Source: Eledone cirrhosa (taxonomy: Eukaryota). Taken from it: DNA of 64,000 nucleotides. The position numbers and the translations under genes are program-made. The stretch lies in assembly GCA_964016885.1 (NCBI GenBank), contig OZ024762.1, positions 26,412,001-26,476,000 on the forward strand, read 5' to 3'. The notes under the pieces are model-generated. The model was not told the origin of the DNA, did not search any database, and saw only the letters and a program-made list of their open reading frames with translations. This document shows, piece after piece, positions 14,764 to 26,000 of the stretch (its first letter is position 1; the number at the start of each line of letters is the position of its first letter).

Positions 14764-15775
14764 CATGTATACATATGTATGTGTGTGTGTATTGTGTCTG
14801 CCTGTGTGTAGTTGGGTGTTGTGTATACATATATGATGTAAATACAAACATTTATCAATATATTTTTTCTGTTACGACAGAGACAAGACTATCTTCTGAC
14901 CTTTATATTCCTATTGCCATTCTGTAATTAATTCGTTCTTATCTCATTCTAATGCCGTTTCGTTTTGTCGAAATCCAACTTAAGACTTTTACATCCACCT
15001 AATCTACTATCACAATTCCTTATATATTTTCACGACGAGTTCTGTTGCCGTTTTGTTTTTCGACTTGTTGTGGCTTTTGGTTGTTGTTTTTTGCAGTTTT
15101 TTTTTCAAATTAAAGCGATGTGAATAATAATAATAGGTGTTTCTATCTACTTTCTGCACAAGGCCAGCAATTTGTAGGGTAGGGAGGATAGGGTAGGGTA
15201 GTGTAGGGTAGTGTAGGGAAAAATCGATTAAATGAACCCCAGTGCGTTACTGGTGTTATATTTTATCAACACCAGTAATTCTATAAAAATAGAATAAAAT
15301 AGAGTCAGTTAGTTTGATAGTAGAGAGGAGAGGGAATGGAGGTAAAGAGTTTCACATTATCAATCTGTGTACTGTGATATGGTACAATTATTCTTTGACC
15401 ATTGGTATGGGTGAGGGTTTTGATGTTTGCCATATATTTTCATTTTGACTTATATTTTCATAAACGAAAATCCCACTCCCGTATTCTACCCCGTAGTGAA
15501 TAGTCGCTTCCACAATTATAGGCTTTCCGATGAAGTGTGATAAATAATTAAGTATTGCATATGATTGAACAATATATATTGTAGTCAGCATACGCAGACT
15601 ATTATAATAGACACAGAAATATGTTAAAGCAAATAAATTCCTAATCTCCTTTCACGCGGATGTTTATATTTTACTTGGTGCAATACTTGCTTATGGACCT
15701 GTTATTTTTATCTCAAGATATTTTTTCCAATTCCAACACACCCGTCCCCCTCAATCTATCTTTTTTCTCATTCTT

Positions 15776-15811
15776 TCTTCTGATGAAGGACTAGCTTCCG
15801 AAACGTTAAGA
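15776..15811 (+). ncRNA. Minimal hammerhead ribozyme (PLE type)
   Basis: tctt-CTGATGA-a-gga(ctagct)tcc-GAAA-cg-tt-aaga; stem I tctt/aaga, palindromic AACGTT stem III. Confidence 0.6.
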
Positions 15812-15913
15812 CCCACTTCATGCTATATCAAGCGTTAACCTAATATATACCTTCCATATACTGTATCGAATGTGTTGTTATTTCTGTTTACCTTTTACAT
15901 ATATATATATATA

Positions 15914-16004
<91 letters not shown>

Positions 16005-16372
16005 AGATTCAGAACCCTGACAGCTGAGCTGCGGTCGTTTCGATAACTAGTTCGGATCTCGTAATCTTTGTTCTACTTATGAATAGTAATGTAACCACCA
16101 AACAACGCTTGAAAGCAGGTTATAAAAGTTAATCTAAATTTAATTCCAAAGAAGAAAAACCAGAATATTTTTCTCTGGGAGTTCCTTTCTGATAAGGGAA
16201 TTTTAAGACCCGAAATATTAGGAAAAAAGTTACAATAACAAAAACAAACAAAGATTATCAGGTAACTTACTTTTTCGTTACCTTCATCTTACAGTTCATT
16301 TTGCATTGTTTAGCCTCATACCTCTTTCACATTATATATTATACACAATGTGTCAAACAAGAGTTTATTATA

Positions 16373-16714
16373 CAGTGTACCCCTGGTATTCGGGGTCCTG
16401 AAATTCGCGGTCCTGAAATTCGCGATTCCGCTTATTCGTGGATCTTTTCTAATAATTGTTCGTGGAAACCACCGAAAATTCGCGGTATCGTAAATATCTT
16501 CCACGATATTTTTATGGCATTTTTTGACTAGCAATATATTTATTCTATCACGCTTTTTAACGCTAAATTATTGATAACAATATTTGACGTCCTATATTTT
16601 ACGTTATGTTTTGACGTTAGGCATTTCTATGGAACACGTCCAATATTCTCAGTTTTTCACTCTTCGCGGGTACTCTAGGAGCGTAAAGCCCATGAATACC
16701 GGGGGACAAATGTG
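16373..16714. mobile_element. Tc1/mariner (Tigger-like) MITE
   Basis: TA|CAGTGTACCCCTGGTATTC ... GAATACCGGGGGACAAATG imperfect TIRs; internal gaaattcgcg subrepeats. Confidence 0.6.
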
Positions 16715-16715
16715 T

Positions 16716-16757
<42 letters not shown>

Positions 16758-16769
16758 ACACATATATTT

Positions 16770-17301
16770 AAAAAGGGAAAAGAATGAAACGAAATTTCAT
16801 TTCTCACTCTTAGTACGGCTGTTACTTTAATATAAGTATGTATACGTACATACATATATGTATACATACGTACAGTAGTATGTATATATATACATTTATT
16901 ATAATGTTCATATATACTGTACGTGTGTATACATATATGTATGTACGTATACATACTTATATTTAAGTATCAGCCGTACTAACAGTGAGAAATGAAATTT
17001 CGTTTCATTTTTTTCCATTTATCGTTTTCAGTACGCCCGGCCGACTAACTCACGTGATATGCAAATTAGGCTGCTCAGCCGTTAATATGCATAAGGAAAG
17101 TATATACTTTCAAACGTTCAATCATCTGACAGAAAGGTATACGATACTGACGATAGCTAATAAGCTTGAAACTAGTTCATCGTTCCTTTGTCAGTGTTGA
17201 ACAAAAGGACAACGATGGTTGCCGGACACTGTACGGCGTAATTCGGGCTGTTTATTTACAAACAAACTGAACATTATAATAAATGTTCGGTAAACCCATA
17301 C

Positions 17302-17388
<87 letters not shown>

Positions 17389-17482
17389 CGTGTGTGAGTG
17401 TGTGTGTGTGTGTGTGTGCATGTATGTATATATATACATACTACTGTACGTCTGTATACATATATGTATGTACGTATACATA

Positions 17483-17490
<8 letters not shown>
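16770..17490 (+). mobile_element. HHR-bearing non-coding element homologous to the 469-bp unit, with 5' inverted segment and terminal direct repeat
   Basis: 16782-16880 is inverted relative to ~16915-17012; 16915-16960 is repeated at 17443-17490; it shares blocks with 49527-49995. Confidence 0.7.
17116..17202 (+). ncRNA. Type I hammerhead ribozyme (slightly degenerate)
   Basis: Long stem I (gttcaa..ctgaca..aagg..acgat / atcgt..cctt..tgtcag..ttgaac); CTGACGA (17147-17153); stem II agct-AATA-agct; GAAA; ACTAGT stem III. Confidence 0.7.
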
Positions 17491-17543
<53 letters not shown>

Positions 17544-17760
17544 AGCATAGAAATTATTGTGAGCGTGAAGCCAACAGTATTCCATAATATATAAGTGACT
17601 ATAACGTCAAAATGGAAAAATAGTTAACGTAAGATATGGGAAAATAATTCAAACTCAATTCAAAAAGAATCAAGACAGATTTATCCACAGAATTTTGTGA
17701 AATCCAGAGAAAAATCAATAGAGCCTTAACTCTGAATAAAATTTGGAAAAACTACAAATT

Positions 17761-17837
17761 CTCTGTACAGTCTAAAAAGACTATTTCACGAAACTTTCAT
17801 TGGGGATGGTCACGGTTGGAACTGATCATCAGCAGAG
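17761..17837 (-). ncRNA. Hammerhead ribozyme motif inside a ~608-bp unit with a terminal direct repeat (17538/18146)
   Basis: Minus strand: ctctg-CTGATGA-(~36 nt)-GAAA-tagtc(ttttta)gactg-ta-cagag; stems I and III pair, stem II is imperfect. Confidence 0.6.
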
Positions 17838-18397
17838 CTCAAAGACACGATAACCCTAGTACCACTGTTTATAATATGCCACAAAGGGAATTTAAAAGCA
17901 GGCTAGTTCAACATCATGCGTAATTATGAAAATAAAACGCACATCTAGAGACATGTCTGGTGACGTCAGAATGAGACGAATGTCTGTTTACATGAAATAG
18001 CAGTAAAAAAACATTCCGAAAAAAACTCTGCAAATGTAAGGAGTTCAGCAAAAAGCAATATTATCGCGGTTTTTTTTTTAAAGACCGGGATTAGTCACAA
18101 ATAATTTAAGCACTCTGGGAACGAATTCCGAGTATAAATATATAAATGAAAAGTATAGAAATTATTGTGAGCGTGGCATTGATTATATATATATATATAA
18201 TCAAAAAAAGGGAAAAGAATGACTTCACTTGTGGTTCTAAACAATTTAATTTAATTTTATAATATGATTTTACAATTTGGTTTGTACGACGAATGCGAGA
18301 AAGTTAACCAGGCATCTTTAAACATCTCCCCAGTGAAGTTAAGAAAGAACTTATTTGATCTACAAAACCAAATTGTAAAATCATAATATAAAATTAA

Positions 18398-18726
18398 AAG
18401 GGCGATGAATTGGCAGTATCGGTAGAGGGTCGGACGCCATGCTTTGACGGCCCTTGCCATTCTGAGTTCAAATCCCGTCGAGGTTAACTTTGCCTTTCAT
18501 CCTTACGGGGTCGATAAAATAAAGTACCAGTAATGCACTGGGTAATTTGCAGGCCTTGTGCCAAAAGTAGAAACAATTATAAAATTAAATCAAATTGTTT
18601 AGAACTAATGTGAAGTCATTCCCGCCGAGGTTGACTTTGCCTTTCATCCTTACGGGGTCGATAAAATAAAGTACCAGTAATGCACTGAGTAATTGTTGGC
18701 CTTGTGCCTAAAGTAGAAACAATTAT
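18398..18726 (+). mobile_element. Two adjacent copies (one near full, one 5'-truncated) of the tRNA-derived SINE
   Basis: A-box-like tggcagtatcgg, B-box gagttcaaatcc, body gactttgcctttcatccttacggggtcgataaaataaagtacc, tail agtagaaacaatta. Confidence 0.85.
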
Positions 18727-18779
18727 TTTCCCTTTTTTTAAATATTCCTAACTGTTCCCATGATTTCACACATTTTCCA

Positions 18780-18811
<32 letters not shown>

Positions 18812-18813
<2 letters not shown>

Positions 18814-18988
18814 CGAAGGAAATGTGGTAAGGAACCAGGTGGACCATAACGCACCAAAGTACTCAATACTTGGGGTAGTAGAGTGGGCAATAGGAACAAG
18901 TAAGACCCCGACGGCTGAGCTCAAGCCGTCCTGAATTAGCCGTCGAAACGGCTTGAGCTCAGCCGTCGGGGTCTTACTTGTTCCTATA
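18812..18988. mobile_element. (TA)n-embedded palindromic element, same family as 46911-47310
   Basis: 18890-18928 is the perfect reverse complement of 18948-18987; 18820-18928 matches 46920-47028. Confidence 0.75.
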
Positions 18989-19273
18989 TATATATATATA
19001 TATATATATATCCAGGGAGTGTAACGCTGTGTTACTGTAGGTTCACCCGGGTGAGCACTCGATGTTTAGGTTCACGTCAGTATTGAGGTGTAGAGCTAGA
19101 CAGAGTGTAATAGAATAATACAAGGACGAATGGTTACTCCTTCATTACGTTTATTGGTTGGTGACGCGTGTTTCGCTACTCATCAGCTCAAGGTTCAATC
19201 TGTATCGATCTGGCCCAACTCTGGAATCAAAAGCGCCTCGGACCTCTGTAGTATTAATGACTGTCATTACTAC

Positions 19274-19320
<47 letters not shown>

Positions 19321-20049
19321 ATTGGCTTTGATTTCCATGTCTGTGTGTATCGATTTATCTCAAAGTATATTTGATTTCTCACTTCTTGACATCATTTTCT
19401 GGTGTCTGCCTGCACCGCCTCCTCTATTCTGTTTGGTATTTCGTAATGCTGGCACACGGTGCCACTCTCTTGAGGAAAGAGCCAGATGATGCGATGTTTG
19501 TGTGTTTGTTTGGGGGAGGGGAAGGGGTTGTTTGAACCAGAGTCGTTTGCTGTGGTTGTACTCCTCGTCAAAGCCTTCGCCATTTTGTCTACGGGGTCAC
19601 AGCTAAATATTACCACCTATATAGTCGTGTCGACCGAGTTGCGTAGTAGATTCAACCCCTCTCTCCCCACTTTCCTTTACATTTGCTAATTTCGTTTCGT
19701 TTTCGTTTTTGATTTTGCTTTTGCTTTTCCCTTCTTTATTGCCAACACAATACGTTGTCATTCAATGCAAGCAACACCACAACAAAGCCTACAAGCAGAA
19801 AACTAAATATTAATAAAAATACACACACAAAATCAGAAAACCAGTAATCCAACAAACCAACAAACCAACATTCGTTTAGGTTGAATGAATCTATAAATAA
19901 ATAGGGAATAGTATGTAATGAGTGTTCGTATTTGACTACACTGAGAACATGGCCGTTTCTTCATTATATACCAGAATGATTTGTTGACTTACACCTGTTT
20001 GACTTGTTGCTCTGTGTTCAAAGAGGGAAAGAGAGAGAGGGGGGGTTAA

Positions 20050-23000
20050 CGGTGGTTGAGTTGGTTGAAGGTGATGGTAGTGGTGGTAGCGTTGGTGGTG
20101 GTGGCGGTGAAGGTTGTGGCGTTGGTGATGGTGATGGTGGTGATGGCAGTGATGGAAGGGGTGATGGTGCTGTTGGTGATGGTGGTGTAAGTGGTGGTGG
20201 TGGTGGTAGTAGTTGTTGTTGTTGGTGGTGGTGTTGGTGGTGGTGGTGGTCGTGATGGTGGGGGAAGGGGTTGATGGTGGTGTAAGTGGTGGTGGTGGTG
20301 GTAGTTGTTGTTGGTGTTGGTGGTGGTGGTGGTGGTGATAGTGGGGAAGGGGTGATGGTGCTGTTGGTTAGGGTGGTGTAAGTGGTGGTAGTTGTTGTTG
20401 TTGTTGGTGGTGGGGGTGATGGTGGCGGAAGGGGTGATGGTGCTGTTGGTGATTGTGTTGTAAGTGGTGGTGGTGGTGGTAGTTGTTGTTGTTGTTGGGG
20501 TGGTGGAAGTGTTGATGGAGGTGGAAGTGGTGAGGGTGGTGGTTGTGGTGGTTGTGGTGTTGGTAGTGGTGGTGGTGGTTGTGGTGTTGGTAGTGGTGGT
20601 GCTGGTTGTGGTGTTGGTAGTGGTGGTAGTGGTTGTGGTGTTGGTAGTGGTGGTGGTGGTTGTGGTGTTGGTAGTGGTGGTGCTGGTTGTGGTGTTGGTA
20701 GTGGTGGTGGTGGTTGTGGTGTTGGTAGTGGTGTGCTGGTTGTGGTGTTGGTAGTGGTGGTGCTGGTTGTGGTGTTGGTAGTGGTGGTGGTGGTTGTGGT
20801 GTTGGTAGTGGTGGTGGTGGTTGTGGTGTTGGTAGTGGTGGTGCTGGTTGTGGTGTTGGTAGTGGTGGTGGTGGTTGTGGTGTTGGTAGTGGTGGTGGTG
20901 GTTGTGGTGTTGGTAGTGGTGGTGCTGGTTGTGGTGTTGGTAGTGGTGGTGGTGGTTGTGGTGTTGGTAGTGGTGGTAGTGGTTGTGGTGTTGGTAGTGG
21001 TGGTGGTGGTTGTGGTGTTGGTAGTGGTGGTGCTGGTTGCGGTGTTGGTAGTGGTGGTGCTGGTTGTGGTGTTGGTAGTGGTGGTAGTGGTTGTGGTGTT
21101 GGTAGTGGTGGTGCTGGTTGCGGTGTTGGTAGTGGTGGTGCTGGTTGTGGTGTTGGTAGTGGTGGTAGTGGTTGTGGTGTTGGTAGTGGTGGTGCTAGTT
21201 GTGGTGTTGGTAGTGGTGGTGCTGGTTGTGGTGTTGGTAGTGGTGGTAGTGGTTGTGGTGTTGGTAGTGGTGGTGCTGGTTGTGGTGTTGGTAGTGGTGG
21301 TAGTGGCTGTGGTGTTGGTAGTGGGGGTGGTGGTTGTGGTGTTGGTAGTGGTGGTGCTGGTTGCGGTGTTGGTAGTGGTGGTGCTGGTTGTGGTGTTGGT
21401 AGTGGTGGTAGTGGTTGTGGTGTTGGTAGTGGTGGTGCTGGTTGTGGTGTTGGTAGTGGTGGTGCTGGTTGTGGTGTTGGTAGTGGTGGTAGTGGTTGTG
21501 GTGTTGGTAGTGGTGGTGGTGGTTGTGGTGTTGGTAGTGGTGTGCTGGTTGTGGTGTTGGTAGTGGTGGTAGTGGTTGTGGTGTTGGTAGTGGTGGTGGT
21601 GGATGTGGTGTTGGTAGTGGTGTGCTGGTTGTGGTGTTGGTAGTGGTGGTGGTGGTTGTGGTGTTGGTAGTGGTGGTGGTGGTTGTGGTGTTGGTAGTGG
21701 TGGTGCTGGTTGTGGTGTTGGTAGTGGTGGTGGTGGTTGTGGTGTTGGTAGTGGTGGTGGTGGTTGTGGTGTTGGTAGTGGTGGTGGTGGTGGTTGTGGT
21801 GTTGGTAGTGGTGGTGCTGGTTGTGGTGTTGGTAGTGGTGGTGGTGGTTGTGGTGTTGGTAGTGGTGGTGCTGGTTGTGGTGTTGGTAGTGGTGGTGGTG
21901 TTTGTGGTGTTGGTAGTGGTGGTGCTGGTTGTGATTTTGGTAGTGGTGGTGCTGGTTGTGGTGGTGGTAGTGGTGGTGGTGGTTGAGGTGTTGGCAGTGG
22001 TGGCGCTGGTTGTGGTGTTGGTAGTGGTGGTGGTGGTTGTGGTGTTGGTAGTGGTGGTGGTGGTTGTGGTGTTGGTAGTGGTGGTGCTGGTTGTGGTGTT
22101 GGCAGTGGTGGTGCTGGTTGTGGTGTTGGTAGTGGTGGTGGTGGTTGAGGTGTTGGTAGTGGTGGTGCTGGTTGTGGTGTTGGTAGTGGTGGTGGTGGTT
22201 GTGGTGTTGGTAGTGGTGGTGCTGGTTGTGGTGTTGGTAGTAGTGGTGCTGGTTGTGATGTGGGTAGTGGTGGTGCTGGTTGTGGTGTTGGTGGTGGTGG
22301 TTGCGGTGTTGGTAGTGGTGGTGGTGGTTGTGGTGTTGTTAGTGGTGGTGGTGGTGGCGGTGTTGGTAGTGGTGGTGCTGGTTGTGGTGTTGGTAGTGGT
22401 GGTGGTGGTTGCGGTGTTGGTAGTGGTGGTGCTGGTTGTGGTGTTGGTAGTGGTGGTGGTGGTTGTGGTGTTGGTAGTGGTGGTGGTGGTTGCGGTGTTG
22501 GTAGTGGTGGTGGTGGTGGTGCTGGTGTTGGTAGTGGTGGTGCTGGTTGTGGTGTTGGTAGTGGTGGTGGTGGTTGTGGTGTTGGTAGTGGTGGTGGTGG
22601 TTGTGGTGTTGGTAGTGGTGGTGGTGGTTGTGGTGTTGGTAGTGGTGGTGGTGGTTGTGGTGTTGGTAGTGGTGGTGGTGGTTGTGGTGTTGGTAGTGGT
22701 GGTGGTGGTTGTGGTGTTGGTAGTGGTGGTGGTGATTGTGGTGTTGGTAGTGGTGGTGGTGATTGTGGTGTTGGTAGTGGTGGTGCTGGTTGTGGTGTTG
22801 GTAGTGGTGGTGGTGGTTGTGGTGTTGGTAGTGGTGGTGGTGGTTGTGGTGTTGGTAGTGGTGGTGGTGGTTGTGGTGTTGGTAGTGGTGGTGGTGATTG
22901 TGGTGTTGGTAGTGGTGGTGCTGGTTGTGGTGTTGGTAGTGGTGGTGGTGGTTGTGGTGTTGGTAGTGGTGGTGGTGGTTGTGGTGTTGGTAGTGGTGGT

Positions 23001-26000
23001 GGTGATTGTGGTGTTGGTAGTGGTGGTGCTGGTTGTGGTGTTGGTAGTGGTGGTGGTGGTTGTGGTGTTGGTAGTGGTGGTGGTGGTTGTGGTGTTGGTA
23101 GTGGTGGTGGTGGTTGCGGTGTTGGTAGTGGTGGTGGTGGTTGCGGTGTTGGTAGTGGTGGTGGTGGTGGTGGTGTTGGTAGTGGTGGTGGTGGTGGTGC
23201 TGTTGGTAGTGGTGGTACTGGTTGTGGTGTTGGTAGTGGTGGTGGTGGTTGCGGTGTTGGTAGTGGTGGTGCTGGTTGTGGTGTTGGTAGTGGTGGTGGT
23301 GGTTGTGGTGTTGGTAGTGGTGGTGGTGGTTGCGGTGTTGGTAGTGGTGGTGGTGGTGGTGGTGGTGTTGGTAGTGGTGGTGGTGGTGGTGGTGTTGGTA
23401 GTGGTGGTACTGGTTGTGGTGTTGGTAGTGGTGGTGGTGGTTGTGGTGTTGGTAGTTGTGGTGGTGGTTGCGGTGTTGGTAGTGGTGGTGGTGGTGGTGG
23501 TGGTGTTGGTAGTGGTGGTGCTGGTTGCGGTGTTGGTAGTGGTAGTGCTGGTTGTGGTGTGGGTAGTGGTGGTGGTGGTTGTGGTGTTGGTAGTGGGGGT
23601 CTGGTGGTGGTGTTGGTAGTGGTGGTGCTGGTTGCGGTGTTGGTAGTGGTGGTGGTGGTTGTGGTGTTGGTAGTGGTGGTGCTGGTTGCGGTGTTGGTAG
23701 TGGTGGTGGTGGTTGTGGTGTTGGTAGTGGTGGTGGTGGTTGTGGTGTTGATAGTTGTGGTGCTGGTTGTGGTGTTGGTAGTGGTGGTGGTGGTTGTGGT
23801 GTTGGTAGTGGTGGTGGTGGTTGTGGTGTTGGTAGTGGTGGTGGTGGTTGTGGTGTTGGTAGTGGTGGTGGTGGTTGCGGTGTTGGTAGTGGTGGTGGTG
23901 GTTGCGGTGTTGGTAGTGGTGGTGGTGGTTGCGGTGTTGGTAGTGGTGGTGGTGGTTGCGGTGTTGGTAGTGGTGGTGCTGGTTGTGGTGTTGGTAGTGG
24001 TGGTGCTGGTTGTGGTGTTGGTAGTGGTGGTGGTGGTTGTGGTGTTGGTAGTGGTGTTGCTGGTTGTGGTGTTGGTAGTGGTGGTGGTGGTTGTGGTGTT
24101 GGTAGTGGTGGTGGTGGTTGTGGTGTTGGTAGTGGTGGTGGTGGTTGTGGTGTTGGTAGTGGTGGTGGTGGTTGTGGTGTTGGTAGTGGTGGTGGTGGTT
24201 GTGGTGTTGGTAGTGGTGGTGGTGGTTGCGGTGTTGGTAGTGGTGTTGGTGGTTGTGGTGTTGGTAGTGGTGGTGGTGGTTGCGGTGTTGGTAGTGGTGG
24301 TGGTGGTTGTGGTGTTGGTAGTGGTGGTGGTGGTTGTGGTGTTGGTAGTGGTGGTGGTGGTTGTGGTGTTGGTAGTGGTGGTGCTGGTTGTGGTGTTGGT
24401 AGTGGTGGTGCTGGTTGCGGTGTTGGTAGTGGTGGTGGTGGTTGCGGTGTTGGTAGTGGTGGTGGTGGTTGCGGTGTTGGTAGTGGTGGTGGTGGTTGCG
24501 GTGTTGGTAGTGGTGGTGGTGGTTGCGGTGTTGGTAGTGGTGGTGCTGGTTGTGGTGTTGGTAGTGGTGGTGCTGGTTGTGGTGTTGGTAGTGGTGGTGG
24601 TGGTTGTGGTGTTGGTAGTGGTGTTGCTGGTTGTGGTGTTGGTAGTGGTGGTGGTGGTTGTGGTGTTGGTAGTGGTGGTGGTGGTTGTGGTGTTGGTAGT
24701 GGTGGTGGTGGTTGTGGTGTTGGTAGTGGTGGTGGTGGTTGTGGTGTTGGTAGTGGTGGTGGTGGTTGTGGTGTTGGTATTGGTGGTGGTGGTTGCGGTG
24801 TTGGTAGTGGTGGTGGTGGTTGCGGTGTTGGTAGTGGTGGTGGTGGTTGTGGTGTTGGTAGTGGTGGTGCTGGTTGCGGTGTTGGTAGTGGTGGCGGTGG
24901 TTGTGGTGTTGGTACTGGTGGTGGTGGTTGTGGTGTTGGTACTGGTGGTGGTGGTTGTGGTGTTGATAGTGGTGGTGCTGGTTGCGGTGTTGGTAGTGGT
25001 GGTGCTGGTTGTGGTGTTGGTAGTGGGGGTCTGGTTGTGGTGTTGGTAGTGGTGGTGCTGGTTGTGGTGTTGGTAGTGGTGGTGGTGGTTGTGGTTTTGG
25101 TAGTGGTGGTGGTGGTTGTGGTGTTGATAGTGGTGGTGCTGGTTGTGGTGTTGGTAGTGGTGGTGGTGGTTGCGGTGTTGGTAGTGGTGGTGCTGGTTGT
25201 GGTGTTGGTAGTGGGGGTCTGGTTGTGGTGTTGGTAGTGGTGGTGCTGGTTGTGGTGTTGGTAGTGGTGGTGGTGGTTGTGGTTTTGGTAGTGGTGGTGG
25301 TGGTTGTGGTGTTGATAGTGGTGGTGCTGGTTGTGGTGTTGGTAGTGGTGGTGGTGGTTGCGGTGTTGGTAGTGGTGGTGCTGGTTGTGGTGTTGGTAGT
25401 GGGGGTCTGGTTGTGGTGTTGGTAGTGGTGGTGCTGGTTGTGGTGTTGGTAGTGGTGGTGCTGGTTGTGGTGTTGGTAGTGGTGGTGCTGGTTGTGGTGT
25501 TGGTAGTGGGGGTGCTGGTTGTGGTGTTGGTAGTGGTGGTGCTGGTTGTGGTGTTGGTAGTGGTGGTGCTGGTTGTGGTGTTGGTTGTGGTGGTGGTGGT
25601 TGCGGTGTTGGTAGTGGTGGTGTTGGTTGTGGTGTTGGTAGTGGGGGTGCTGGTTGTGGTGTTGGTAGTGGTGGTGCTGGTTGTGGTGTTGGTAGTGGTG
25701 GTGCTGGTTGTGGTGTTGGTAGTGGTGGTGGTGGTTGTGGTGTTGGTAGTGGTGGTGCTGGTTGTGGTGTTGGTAGTGGGGGTGCTGGTTGTGGTGTTGG
25801 TAGTGGTGGTGCTGGTTGTGGTGTTGGTAGTGGTGGTGCTGGTTGTGGTGTTGGTAGTGGGGGTGCTGGTTGTGGTGTTGGTAGTGGTGGTGGTGGTTGC
25901 GGTGTTGGTAGTGGTGGTGCTGGTTGTGGTGTTGATAGTGGTGGTGCTGGTTGTGGTGTTGGTAGTGGTGGTGCTGGTTGTGGTGTTGGTAGTGGTGGTG

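Noticed and set aside
19158-19195. Minus-strand CTGATGA-gtagc-GAAA-cacgc-gtc motif
   Set aside because: Stem I does not pair; at best a decayed HHR.
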